NCBI GenBank assembly: GCA_964016885.1
Contig: OZ024740.1
Span: forward strand, 404,860,001-404,924,000
Direction of reading: 5' to 3'
DNA: 64,000 nucleotides
DNA from: Eledone cirrhosa
Taxonomy: Eukaryota
The notes under the pieces are model-generated. The model worked only from the letters and a program-made list of their open reading frames with translations, was not told the DNA's origin and ran no database searches. Positions 24,663 to 36,320 of this stretch are shown here, one piece after another. Position numbers and translations under genes: made by a program. How positions within the stretch are numbered: position 1 is the stretch's first letter; every line of letters starts with the position of its first letter.

Positions 24663-25812
24663 TTATTGTAGTTTTAGAATCATTCTTTAGGTGAAGGTGA
24701 AGGCATGTTGCCTAATGCTTAGTGTTGGGCTCATGATCATAAGTTCGATTTTGAAATTGGGTGGTGTGTTGTATCATTGAGTGTCTGAATATTTCTGACT
24801 TGTGGGTTTATGTGGAACACCTTCTGCCATGTGTAGAATGGATCTAGCTATTAGCTGAGTCTATTGAGAACATTGTCCCACTGCCTTCCTTCAGCTGGGA
24901 AGGACAGGTAGTGTTTATCTGCTCGGGGGCTATGGTGAAAGAGTTTGTGTCGGGGACACATTTGAAAGTGTTGAAGACAAGCACTTTCCTTTTCAGTGAA
25001 GTCCTGACTAACTTTTTCAGGTTTTACTTGAAGAGGAAAATAAGGGTGGAGAAGGAAGGGCTACCTTCCAACCAGTTTGTTGAAAGGTGGATGTAACTGA
25101 TGAGCATGGCCTGAGTGAATGGGTTTTCTCTGAGTATGTGCCTGTAGATTGGAGGACGATAACTGGAAAGGAACACTTGCCCTAGCAGTCAGGATGACCG
25201 TGGCTTTTTGTGGGCTTTTCTCATGAGAGACCCTCTGAAGATTTCCCCCTATTTTAGATTTTGTTTTTGTTTCAATTTTACTGTTTTTCATTGTTTTCAT
25301 TTAAACTTTTTACATGCAAACAATCTCACTGTATCATCGTTGGCTGTTCTTAATGTTTTCTTGATATGAACATTGAGCAGCTAATAAAGAAATCATTATT
25401 ATTATTAAAGTTCTGTCACAGTCAACTTTGCCTTTTATTCTTCTGGGGACAATAAAATAAAGTATCAGTCAAGTACTGGGGTTGATATAATCATCTTTCC
25501 CCTTTCCCAACAAAATTGTTGGCCTTGTGCCCATGTTAAAAAGAATTATTGTTATATTCCTACCAGCAGATTTTGACATCAAAATTTTGGAGTAAAAAAA
25601 TTATGCATTACACACCAGAAAATATGGTAGTCTTTCTCTGTTATAGTTACTTTCTAATGTCAATATATATCTTTTTATCTCAGTAGGTGCCTGGAATTGT
25701 CAATGCTGGAATGCTTATGATTATCTACTACAGCTATCACTTGCACTCAAGTTTAACTTGATAGTGTGCATCATGCTTTCACTAAGGGTCTTAGGTTCCT
25801 ATGCAATAGTGA

Positions 25813-26290
25813 TCATCATCATCATCATCATCCTTATTTAATGTCTACTTTCCACGCTAACATGGGTTAGATGGGTTTGTCCCATTTGATGTAAGTTGGG
25901 TGTCTCGCTCATATAGGACTGTTTCTGGCTGGTTTTCTGATGCTGGATGCTTTACAGTATGGGCTGGGTGCTCTTTGTCATGTCACCTACACGACCACTT
26001 TACAGTGTGGGCTGGGTGCTTTTTGTCATGTCACCTACATGACCACTCTACAGTGTTGGCTGGGTGCTTTTTGTCATGTCACCTACACGACCACTTTACA
26101 GTGTGGGCTGGGTGCTTTTTGTCATGTCACCTACATGACCACTTTACAGTGTGGGCTGGGTGCTTTTTGTCATGTCACCTACACGACCACTCTACAGTGT
26201 TGGCTGGGTGCTTTTTGTCATGTCATCTACATAACCACTTTACAGTGTTGGCTGGGTGTTTTGTGGTATCAACATAACTTTACAGAGTAA
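25813..26290 (-). mobile_element. RTE 3'UTR with an expanded about 43-bp internal tandem repeat
   Basis: (CAT)n tail and about 7 copies of tttacagtgtgggctgggtgctttttgtcatgtcacctacacgaccac. Confidence 0.85.
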
Positions 26291-27510
26291 GGGTGGCATA
26301 GATACTCTCTCAATCCATCCCCACTTTTGATCCAGCAAAACATCCAGGATGTGACAAGAGGATGGAGAGAAGAAGCTGCACCAACACTGGGTTGGTAGTT
26401 TTATCAATTTTGAAAGGATAAAAGGCAATGGAGACTTTGGTAAGATTTGAACTCAGAGAGCTGAAACAAACCTCTGATCATAGGTCTGTTCAATTAGAGT
26501 TTGTCTAAGACTAAACAACAACAGCATGGGATTATACCAATACAACTGCTTCTCCTGCACATATTAGCTAATGTCTTTACTACTCAGTCACTCTCTCAAT
26601 TCCCACTTGCACATTGTGTGTTTCATGCAAGTTAATATTAATAGTTTCTGAAAAGATTAACAGAAGTGAAGTTTCACTGACATTTCTAATTGAACCTGGT
26701 TTTCTCTTTGTTAAGTGAAGACCATTTTCCTGACTAAATGTATCAACATCAGTTGAGTTGTATGTAATCTCACAGCTATTGGGGAAATGATTTATCAAGA
26801 GAAAAGCTACCGATGTATTAGTGCAGTTATATCATTGAACAGTATGTTAAAATATTCACACTATTATCTTGCCAAACAGCCATTCTGATGTAAAGGAGTT
26901 GTAAAAAAAAACATAGTTGTAGTCAATCAGTCAATTAAAGAACTGCATTATTTATCCTTTTCTATATTTTTTACTTCGCCAGTTGGAAGGAACATAAGCA
27001 GGAAAAAAAATATCAAATAAATTCTATATATAAAATGTTAAAAAATTCTATACTATCTAACTACTTATTAAATTAGTTCATTACTGAATGTTAAAAATGT
27101 TAAAAAATTCTATACTATCTAACTACTTATTAAATTAGTTCATTACTTTGAATGGGAAGCAAAAAAAATGTTATTTGGTGGATGGTTATATAAAGCAGAG
27201 GGAACCCTACTTTGTCATAGTTGATAAAAGTATTGGCCTTCAAGCAGAAGGTAATCTCTCGAAAAGTGTCTCTTAACTCTTTATACAGTTTATTTATAAA
27301 ATTAGATACCATGTGAATGTACAATTTACTACTGTAAGTAGAACTATATATGATACTCAAGAATTCAATACAATATTTATTATGGTAAAACCCATATGTG
27401 TTGTGCCTTAAGTCCAATATATTCTAGTTGAGGTTATGTGTTTTGCTGATGAAGATTAATAAGCCACTGTACTGCCAAAGACCAGGTTCACTACCCTCTG
27501 CATATTATTC

Positions 27511-27752
27511 TTAACCCTTTTGTGATCATAGTTCTAATGAAATACACTGTCTATGTGTTTTGAAAATAATAAAAATTTGGAGGAATTTAATAAAATAACT
27601 AATTTTTCATTAGTAAATTTTAAGCATTACTTAAAAACATTTCTTAAATAAAATTATGATAAAACGTTTTAATATTAAGTATAAACATTTTAAAATAGGT
27701 AGTTATATATGACAAAACTAGAGTAGTTTCAGGTTGGTATCGAAAGGGTTAA
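27511..27752. mobile_element. piggyBac-like MITE, family A
   Basis: TTAACCCTTT...AAAGGGTTAA termini. Confidence 0.7.
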
Positions 27753-28685
27753 TTTTAATTAATTTCAATTCTAGAATAATTTTCCTTGCTTACTTGACCA
27801 GAATTAATCATTAAGAAAATCTTCTGTAATTCTAATTAATAAATATTTCTTAGTTAATGATATTAAGTATGCTATAGGTGTCCCTGGTATTTCTCTTCAG
27901 TCTGTCATTGTTATGGTTTAACTGTTGAGGAAACAACATACACAATTGTAGCTGTAGTAATTATAATACTGAGGCAAGATTATATAGGTTATAAAGTATT
28001 AAACTATCTCTTCATGGATCTTTTGATACCAGCTCAGCTCTGGTTCTATGAAACAAAACCACCCATTTTAAAAGATTCCTACTTAAATTTAAATCTTCTT
28101 CTTCTTCTTCTTCCTGAGAGGGTCCTTAATGCTCTACCACAATTAGTTTCATTTCCTACACACAACACTAACACACATATACACCAAACCCAACTTCTAC
28201 CCAACCATAGATGTCTCTGCACTGGTTAAATCATCTGATCTGAACACTGTTTGATTTCACATCTACATACCTTACAGTACACAATGTGTTCTCCCTTCAA
28301 GATACTATACTGCTTGGAGTCAACTGAATGGCTGGAGTCTCACTAGTTCACGTGCTGCTTTCTTCCTGACCCATCAGAAATAATAAGGTGAGTGACTACT
28401 GTCTTCTAAGGTCTATCCATACACATCACACATACAACAAAACCTCACACCCACAAGTCTCTATGCATCATATAATCCTCAAGCACTCTAGCTTCAATAT
28501 TTATAAAGTGATAGAGACCATTAACAACTGTCTCCAATGCTTTAAATCTCCCTCCTTAACCAGGGCCGTCTTAACGCATGAGCACGCTGGGCAGTTGCCC
28601 GGAGGCCCCACAAGGATAGGGGGCCCATTTGTATTTTTATTCCTGTGTGTGGTTGTGTAGGTAGGGGCCCCAGTGCTGGGGTCTC

Positions 28686-30680
28686 AATCATCATCATCAT
28701 CATCATCATCGTTTAACGTCCATCTTCCACGCTAGCATGGGTTTAGACAGGAATTATCCCACTTGAGGCAAGATTGGTTGTCTCGCCCATATAGGACTGT
28801 CTGGCAGGTTTTCTACTGCTGGATGCCCTTCCTAACACCAACCAAGTTTACAGTGTGGACTGGGAGGTTTTTACTGTGTTACCTACACGGCCACATTATA
28901 GCATGGTTTTTTGTTGTGACACCTACACAACCTCATTTATTTAGGACTGGATGTTGTGGTACCAACATAACTTTACATCGAAAGGGGTGGTGTTGATGGG
29001 GGTGGGGGTAGGGGTAGTGGGATGGGGGTGTATCTTTGGTTAAGAGGTGCCTACTAACTGTAGGTTTCGCTTTGTACTTAGGCAAGGCAGGTCTTCTGTA
29101 TTACTGCGTAGCGTCAAAGATCTCGGTCCAGTGACATTGTCTTGGAGAGGTGTAAGTGTGTAAGGCCGGAATTTATCAAATTATCCCAGGTTTTTCTGGG
29201 TCTGCCTACTTTGTAGCTTCCATCAATTTTGATCGCCCTGCACTTTTTTATACAGCTGTTGTCTTTCATGCGCATCACGTGACCATACCAACGTAGTCTT
29301 CTCTCGAGTAAACAGCATCTGATCCCTCTTATTCCTAATTTCTCTCTTAGTTCATTTATGCTTTGCCGTTCACGTATATTACTATTACACATCCAGCGGA
29401 GCATGCAAGCTTCGTTCCTCTACAGTCTGCGCAGATCCTCTGCACACAATGCCCATGTCTCACTGCCATGTAACATTGCTGTTTGTATGCAGGCATCATA
29501 CAGTCTGCCTTTCATTTTTAGAGAGAAACCTTTAGCGGCCAATAGTGGTATAAGCTCTCTGAACTTTTTCCATCCCTTTCTGACTCTGGCTACTGTATTT
29601 TCAGAGCACCCTCCACCATTGCTGATTTTGTCATCCAGGTAACGGAAGATGTCCACTATTTCTATAGAACCATCTGGGCAATGGAAGGAGCTAGTATCCT
29701 GTGGGCACTTGCTACTTATTGCACCTGAGCACTGCCGACATATAAAATCGTTCTTAGATAGCTTATCTGTGATCCCACTACATCTTTTATGCACCCATAC
29801 TTTGCATTTAGGACATAAAATGGAGTTTCTGCCTACTCCTTTCCTACACACTGAGCATGGCCATTTCACAGAGGGGACCAGTGCCCTATTTTCCTTCCTA
29901 CATACTAGAACTTTAGTCTTAGACAAGTTAACTTTAAGGCCATTTGATTCTAGGCCATGCTTCCATGTTTGGAATTTCTTCTCTAGTTCAGCCATAGATT
30001 CAGCTATGAGTGTTAGATCATCTGCATATAGAAGTTCCCATGGGCAGCTGGTCTTGAACTCCTCTGTTATAGCCCTGATGAACACCAACTTTTACGCTAA
30101 ATTCTTCACTATATTCATTGTTAATTCTAACCTTACTGACTGTTTCTTTATACATGGCTTATATAGCTCTCACAAGCCATTCATCAACACCTAGTTTTCT
30201 AAGAGCCCACCAGATAATGGAGCGGGGGACTCTGTCAAAGGCTTTCTCCAAGTCAACAAAAGCTAAGTATAGGGGTTTACTTTTAGCTAGGTACTTCTCC
30301 CGTAGTTGTCGTACAAGGAAAAGAGCGTCTCTGGTACTTTTACCTGACACAAACCCGAACTGCATTTCATCTAGATCAATTCGCTCTCTGATTAGTTGCG
30401 CTATAACTCTTTCTGTGACCTTCATGACCTGGTCAACTAACTTAATGCCTCTATAGTTTTCTCTATCTAGGGCATCTCCTTTACCCTTGTAGCAGTTAAT
30501 GATGATGCTGCTACGCCAGTCATTTGGTATGACCCCATTCTGTATGACTTGGTTTACTATATGGGTGACCATAGTGTGTCCCACCGATCCAGATGCTTTC
30601 AGCATTTCAGCAACTATCTCCGAAGGCCCAGCTGCTTTGCCTGTCTTCATATCTTTGATTGCCTTACTTATTATACTACC
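28686..30680 (-). mobile_element. 5'-truncated RTE-clade LINE (about 2 kb, RT region)
   Basis: ORFs 30159-30650 (KAAGPS, NYRGIKL, QFGF, DLEKAFD), 29420-30088 (YADD and Cys/His finger) and 29114-29404. 3'UTR and (TGA)n tail present, with frameshifts and a small deletion. Confidence 0.93.
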
Positions 30681-30976
30681 TTCAACACTTATTATACTAC
30701 CTTCAACACTTATTATACTACCTTCAACACTTATTATACTGCCTTCAACACTTATTATACTACCTTCAACACTTATTATACTACCTTCAACACTTATTAT
30801 ACTACCTTCAACACTTATTATACTACCTTCAACACTTATTATACTACCTTCAACACTTATTATACTACCTTCAACACTTATTATACTGCCTTCAACACTT
30901 ATTATACTACCTTCAACACTTATTATACTACCTTCAACACTTATTATACTACCTTCAACACTTATTATACTGCCTT
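30667..30976. repeat. 21-bp minisatellite (cttattatactaccttcaaca, about 14.5 copies)
   Basis: Directly visible at the 5' truncation point of the RTE copy. Confidence 0.95.
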
Positions 30977-31039
30977 TTCAATATGTAAACTAAATAAATA
31001 ATTCTAGTTTTTAAAAAATCAACGAAGAGAACCTAGAAA

Positions 31040-31900
31040 AATTACCATGTACTATTCCAACCGCCCCACTTATTTCCCCCTATTATTTGAGACCCAAGAG
31101 TACTCTCTCATGTCACTGACGTGGGGAATCTCAACCTCAAGAAATTTAGTAAAAGCAGTGTTGTTGCTTTCAACACCAGCAAAGCTTCCAATCATGTCTG
31201 TCATGTAAATCTGTCAAAACTGCATGACTACAGGGGTTCATTCATTTCTCATCTCTTGGACCCTATTTTAGCATGTTCTGATGTAATGCTTTCTGACTCA
31301 CACTATCAACTCCGTGTGACATAGAATTCGGTTTTGTCCTTCACACACACTCATCAATACATCAACAATCTACTTACTGTCACCTCCAATAACATCCTTT
31401 CCTCTACAGATGAAACCACCCTCCACTCTTCCTTAACCCTTTATCATTTATATTACTCTACATATACTATTGTATTTTCACAGTAAAGGCTTTACCTCAC
31501 ATAATTATTTCACATAATATTGCATCTATGATATTTTGATATTATTTATTTTGAGAAGAATACCTTAACATCAGTCTGAGCGGCCAGTTACAGTCAATTT
31601 GAACAGAAAGAGGTGAGAGAGTTCTGGCCGGTTTAAATTTCTATACTCAAGCATAATCCAGATACAAAATTGACACACCTTGCCAAATCTGTACTGATAT
31701 CATGAATAGAGGCTTTTAACCTGGTCCTTTAATTTGGTCCTGACTATTACACCCAGTCAATACTTCTATGAATGCCAGCCCTCTGGAATTCCTCCCATGT
31801 CCTTCCCGTAGCTGTTGACTTGCAACAAATGGAGCAGAATATTAACAGTATCAATGTCATTGGTCTGAGAGGGCATGCAAAGGCATTGGACATAACCCCT
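31040..31900 (+). mobile_element. Highly decayed CR1/Jockey-like LINE split by a MITE (31433-31637)
   Basis: SVVAFNTSKASNHVCH resembles the RT motif DISKAFDRVWH, and NNLL..TSNNILSSTDETTLH resembles INDL....YADD.TL. Confidence 0.45.
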
Positions 31901-32221
31901 TCCTCCAGATCAAACTAATATGAAAAAAAATTAACCCACTTTTGATGGGTTTAATTAATTCGTTACCACATTTGACTATGACTATGATTTTCAAATAATT
32001 TTGAAAATATTAAGAATTTATTGAGATTTAGTCATAAATTTCTCATTATTAAGCTAGTGTTTGGAATAGCTTAATAAAAGTTTTTACATAAAATTATGAT
32101 GGAAAGATTTAAACTGGCTGTATATGTTGATGATGGTGAAGGTGGTGATGATGATGATGTATATATATATATATATATACGATATATTAACAAATGGAAA
32201 CTATATTTATAAAACCATATT

Positions 32222-32286
32222 TATTTCATTATACATATTTCAAGGACACCAAGTTAAATTATGGTGTGCTTTCATCAGATAAAATA
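32222..32286 (-). ncRNA. Type-I minimal hammerhead ribozyme (same family as 9600)
   Basis: TATTTTAT-CTGATGA-AAGCACACCA[loop]TGGTGTCCTT-GAAA-TATGTA-TA-ATGAAATA, inside a repeat at about 32180-32365. Confidence 0.8.
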
Positions 32287-32366
32287 TAATATAGATCAGT
32301 TTTATAAATAAATATTGACATACCCTTAAAGAATGCGACCATTTCTGTTGGAAGCTCCCGGATATA

Positions 32367-32424
<58 letters not shown>

Positions 32425-32426
<2 letters not shown>

Positions 32427-32658
32427 CGGCTCACTGGATATACACTTGTTTTTTTTCAAACAATTTTTTCCCATTCCTTCCTCACGCTATCTTTCTATTT
32501 CATCTTTTATTTTTCATAATATCTTCTGACGAAGGATTAGCGTCCGAAACGTTAGGACTCTTTTCCTATTATATCAAGCGTTAAACTAATATATTTCTTC
32601 ATTGTACTGTGTCGTTTGCTTTGTTATTTCTGTTTACTTTTTGCATATATATACACAG

Positions 32659-32690
<32 letters not shown>

Positions 32691-32920
32691 TATAGTTGAG
32701 ACAGTAAACAAAAAAAACAACAACGTGGAAGTGAAGAGGCAGTACAAAATGTTAATATTAGTTTCACGCTTGAGAGTGGGGGTGTGGGACGACGTTTAGG
32801 GCATAAGCCCTTCATGGGGAGAAAAGTGGGCAGGAAAAGAGTTCTGAGGGTGTGAGGTGGAGTGGTGGAAAGACGTTTAAAAAAAAGAGGGGGGGGGATA
32901 TATATAAGAGAGAGAGAGGT
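32425..32920. mobile_element. Two tail-to-tail Penelope-pLTR-like inserts with hammerhead-like motifs
   Basis: ctgacgaaggattagcgtccgaaacg (+, 32526) and ccccatgaagggcttatgccctaaacgtc (-, about 32791-32819). Both share tcaagcgt.aaactaata with 6590-6800. Confidence 0.5.
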
Positions 32921-33043
32921 ATAAACCCACTGTACTTCCTCCCATGCATTGAGTACGCACATGATTTGTAGTTTCCCTGGTCTCAGCACCCCAGACTTAC
33001 TTTCTCTAATTCTATCTACCTATCTACACACACAGATACACAC

Positions 33044-33081
<38 letters not shown>

Positions 33082-33098
33082 TAAAATAATTATATTAT

Positions 33099-33134
<36 letters not shown>

Positions 33135-33178
33135 CAGAATATTAATAAATGAAGACATTCACATAATCAAAATATATG

Positions 33179-33240
33179 TTTTATTATATATATTTCGAAG
33201 ATACTGTGCTGTGTTTTCAGTACGTCCTCGTCAGATAAAA
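33179..33240 (-). ncRNA. Type-I minimal hammerhead ribozyme (intact core)
   Basis: TTTTAT-CTGACGA-GGACGTACTG[loop]CAGTATCTTC-GAAA-TATATA-TA-ATAAAA. Confidence 0.75.
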
Positions 33241-33362
33241 TACATGAATTGATGTATGACATACCTCAACGGTCTTGATGGTTCAATTCCAGTATTGAAT
33301 ACTGCCAATACTGGAATTGAACCATCAAGACCGTTGAGGTATGTCATACATCAATTCGTGTA

Positions 33363-33424
33363 TTTTATCTGACGAGGACGTACTGAAAACACAGCACAGT
33401 ACCTTCTAAATATATATAATAAAA
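33363..33424 (+). ncRNA. Hammerhead copy with GAAA>TAAA (G12 lost)
   Basis: Mirror copy of 33179-33240, reading cttcTAAA at 33407. Confidence 0.6.
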
Positions 33425-33624
33425 CATATATTTTGATTATGTGAATGTCTTCATTTATTAATATTCTGAATAATATTGATAACTCCAGAAAACTTCTTTG
33501 TAGAGTGCTTTTAATCTATTGTAAAACTATATTCATTGAGTAATCAATGAACCATATTAATCTTTGGTTATATATATATGCGTGTGTATCTGTGAATATA
33601 TATATATATATATATGCGTGTGTA

Positions 33625-33692
<68 letters not shown>

Positions 33693-33699
33693 ATTTCGC

Positions 33700-34577
33700 G
33701 CACTCACTCATATGCATATAGGCAAATCATGTACGCACGCGAACTGAGGTAGATATTATGTGTGCGTGTGTACGTACGTAAATATATATGCATCACTTGT
33801 ATATATGTATGGAAACTGTGCATGTACACACTTACACGGAACTAGATATGTGACAGTGAGACGACCTATGTGTTTGTTGTGTTCCAACGACATTATGTAG
33901 GCAGCGTCGTGGAGTTTTAGCAGTTAAGTTACACTTAATGCATCTCTCCTACACTGTCACTCTTATCAGACCTGAATACACAGTTTCAGTTGCTACATCG
34001 CTGCAGAAAACAATCCTTTTCATCTACGAATCGGAGTTGATTTTATTCCTCCCTCTTCTTTTTTTAAAAAACTTTCTCTTTCTCTCCTTTCCTTACTCTT
34101 CGCTCTCTGCTTGTTGTTCTTTAAAAAGTGACGTTGTTTCGGTAAGGGATTATAGCCAGCTGATTCTCTGTTTTGTTTCTTCAATGTCGGTTTTTAACGG
34201 TTGTAAATAAAGCGAAAAACACATACAGGTGGCAGAGGTATTTTTAAAGAGAAAGCATTCTGATGTGACACTAATTGATATTTCACGATATTATACAGCT
34301 TCACGAGAGCCAAAACAGATTTGATTAGTTAACTACATACACATATAGAAACACGTGAACACACATACACACGTATTATACATATATATTTATGCTTATT
34401 TCATAAATCTTATGTTTAGCGCCAGTCGTTCTTCAGCGAAGTACAGAGAAAGGAAGAACAAAACACAACGTACTTCGGAAAATACATAGCTGCAACATAT
34501 AGATTTTTTTTTCCAAGCAAATAAAAAGAAAAGGATAAACACTCCTACAATTTCATAAGCTTCCATTCATTTGCAGT
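33700..34577 (+). promoter_or_regulatory. Probable promoter / 5' non-coding region of the NCS-1-like gene
   Basis: Non-repeat sequence that retains CpG, unlike most old sequence in the window. Candidate donor CG|GTAAGG at 34142 and acceptor ttccattcatttgcAG at 34576. Confidence 0.4.
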
Positions 34578-34641
34578 ATGGGGAAGCGAAGCAGTAAATT
34601 GTGTGCTACTGAACTGGATCAATTGATAGATTCTACTTACT
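34578..34641 (+). CDS. NCS1: First coding exon of a neuronal calcium sensor (NCS-1/frequenin/aplycalcin-like)
   Basis: Encodes MGKRSSKLCATELDQLIDSTY plus one T, then GTAAGT. It has the myristoylation motif MGxxxS and resembles MGKSNSKL...TYF / MGKRASKL...TYF. The 64-nt phase-1 exon splitting the Phe codon matches the NCS1 gene structure as I recall it. Confidence 0.8.
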
Positions 34642-35815
34642 GTAAGTAACAATTTTAATATTAAATTATTTGTTGTTTGCTTTTAATCTTTCTTCTTACC
34701 AATTATATTGATAATACTCATTAACAACGAAGAATTCCGTAATAACGATAGTATACTTTTCTGACTATTCTACCACCCCTAGTGATTCTTACGTTTAATC
34801 CTTCTTCGAGACTTGGAACCACTTGTATCACTCAACCAAGTGCCCTTCATCATGAAAGCTAAGGGTGAGCTTTTTACCAACGTATTTTCCCTGCTAAATA
34901 CATGTCTTTTTCTGTCTTTCTTCCCCCAGAGCCGGTTATACTATTGACTCGGAAAACGTTTGTCTATAAAAATTGTATTTGTTTAATCGTTAATACTTTT
35001 TCGATTATTTCTTCTTGGAGAATTTCAAATTCTACAAAAGTTTACTTTCTGGTATTTGAATTAAAATGTTCTCACCGTTTTCATTTGAAACCAATATTAC
35101 GTAGAAACACCCCTCGAAAAGAAAAGTTTTATTTAGCTAAAATACAATTTGAAATAGCTTTGTTTAGATTTTATCAAAATCAATCCTTCAACTATTTTTT
35201 ATTTTTATTATTTTATTCAATTTAATGTTTTTTAAGATAATTTATATCGTAACTTTCATTATGAGACGACGAGAATATAAACAGACCATGGTTATTGGTG
35301 TACTACCTTTTCAGTGGAGAATCTACCTAGCTGTCGGTGGGTGAAGTCTTCAATTTAGGTGGTATTTAAGACTTCATATTATATCATTTCACGAATTTCC
35401 ACTATTACAAAACGCTCTGTCTAGAAACATAAACTTAAATACATTTATTAACAGAGATAATATAAAATCTTTATGGATCCAAAACTTTAAAATTTTACAG
35501 CACCTATCTCTTACGTTATTTGAGGAATGTCATATAGTTGAAGGTAATCTCCATACCCGAGTATATGACCCGGTTTCAATTCTCCTCTACTCAGCTTATT
35601 AATTGCTCTTGATAAAAGCGTAAACACAAATCCTTTCGTTTTTCTTCTTAAAGTCAATGGAACTATAGAAACCTTTAATTAAAGTTACAAATATAGTGTT
35701 TGAGATTAAAATTAACTTATGTCCAATATACATGCAAACCAACTAACATCACAAGAACAACGTGAAATAACTAACCATATTATTAAGCTGGCGTTATCTT
35801 AAAGTTTCGCATAAA

Positions 35816-36022
35816 ATAATTTTCTACTCTTGGCACAAGACCAGCAATTACCCAGTGCATTACTGGTACTTTATTTTATCGACCCCGTAAGGATGAAAGG
35901 CAGAGTTAACCTCGGTGGGATTTGAACTCAGAATGGCTTCAAATCCCGCCGAGGTTAACTTTGCCTTTCATCCTAACGGAGTCGATAAAATAAAGTACCA
36001 GTAATGCACTGGGTAATTGCTG
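35816..36022. mobile_element. Head-to-head pair of family-1 SINE fragments forming a hairpin
   Basis: 35842-35926 is the reverse complement of 35938-36022. Confidence 0.85.
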
Positions 36023-36064
36023 ATAAAATAATATCAAACAATGTCATTCGATCATTCATCACAA

Positions 36065-36320
36065 GGGGCGCTGGAACCTCCTAATACTTTTTGAGGCAAG
36101 CCAACACACTTGTAGATTTACCGCGGTTGATAGCGTGGTTAAGACGCTGGAACAACCAAACACCTTCATAGGCATCACCGGATACCTGGGTAAGGTGAGT
36201 TATCAACGATGGCAAGAACTTTGTTGTCAGTAGCCCAGCTCCCTCTAACATTTCGAATACTAGAGGGTGGAAAAATAGTTTTCCCATAATTTCGGTATTT
36301 TAGAATTTTAGTTCGTTCTA
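36065..36320 (-). mobile_element. CRE-clade 3' fragment
   Basis: ORF 36081-36287 (FHPLVFEMLEGAG, WLFQRLNHAINRG, VLACLKKY), homologous to 23359-23895. Confidence 0.75.

Larger units (their letters stand above)
33127..33476. repeat. Fold-back with about 170-bp arms and an 8-nt spacer
   Basis: 33127-33297 is the reverse complement of 33306-33476, with about 3 mismatches. Confidence 0.95.

Noticed and set aside
21844-24664. 80-bp terminal inverted repeats of a DNA transposon
   Set aside because: Better explained as two Helitron 5' ends in opposite orientation, with no TSD seen.
25900-26290. Cys/His-rich repeat proteins
   Set aside because: Translations of the RTE 3'UTR tandem repeat.
27130-27417. 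Glycosyltransferase-like fragment (LKANTFINYDK)
   Set aside because: The DDD motif is absent, stops flank the ORF, and the similarity is too weak to call.
30667-30976. CRISPR-like array
   Set aside because: Contiguous repeats with no spacers, in a eukaryotic context.
30499-31001. Three repetitive ORFs (IILPSTL / YYTTFNT / LLYYLQH)
   Set aside because: Translation artefacts of the 21-bp minisatellite.
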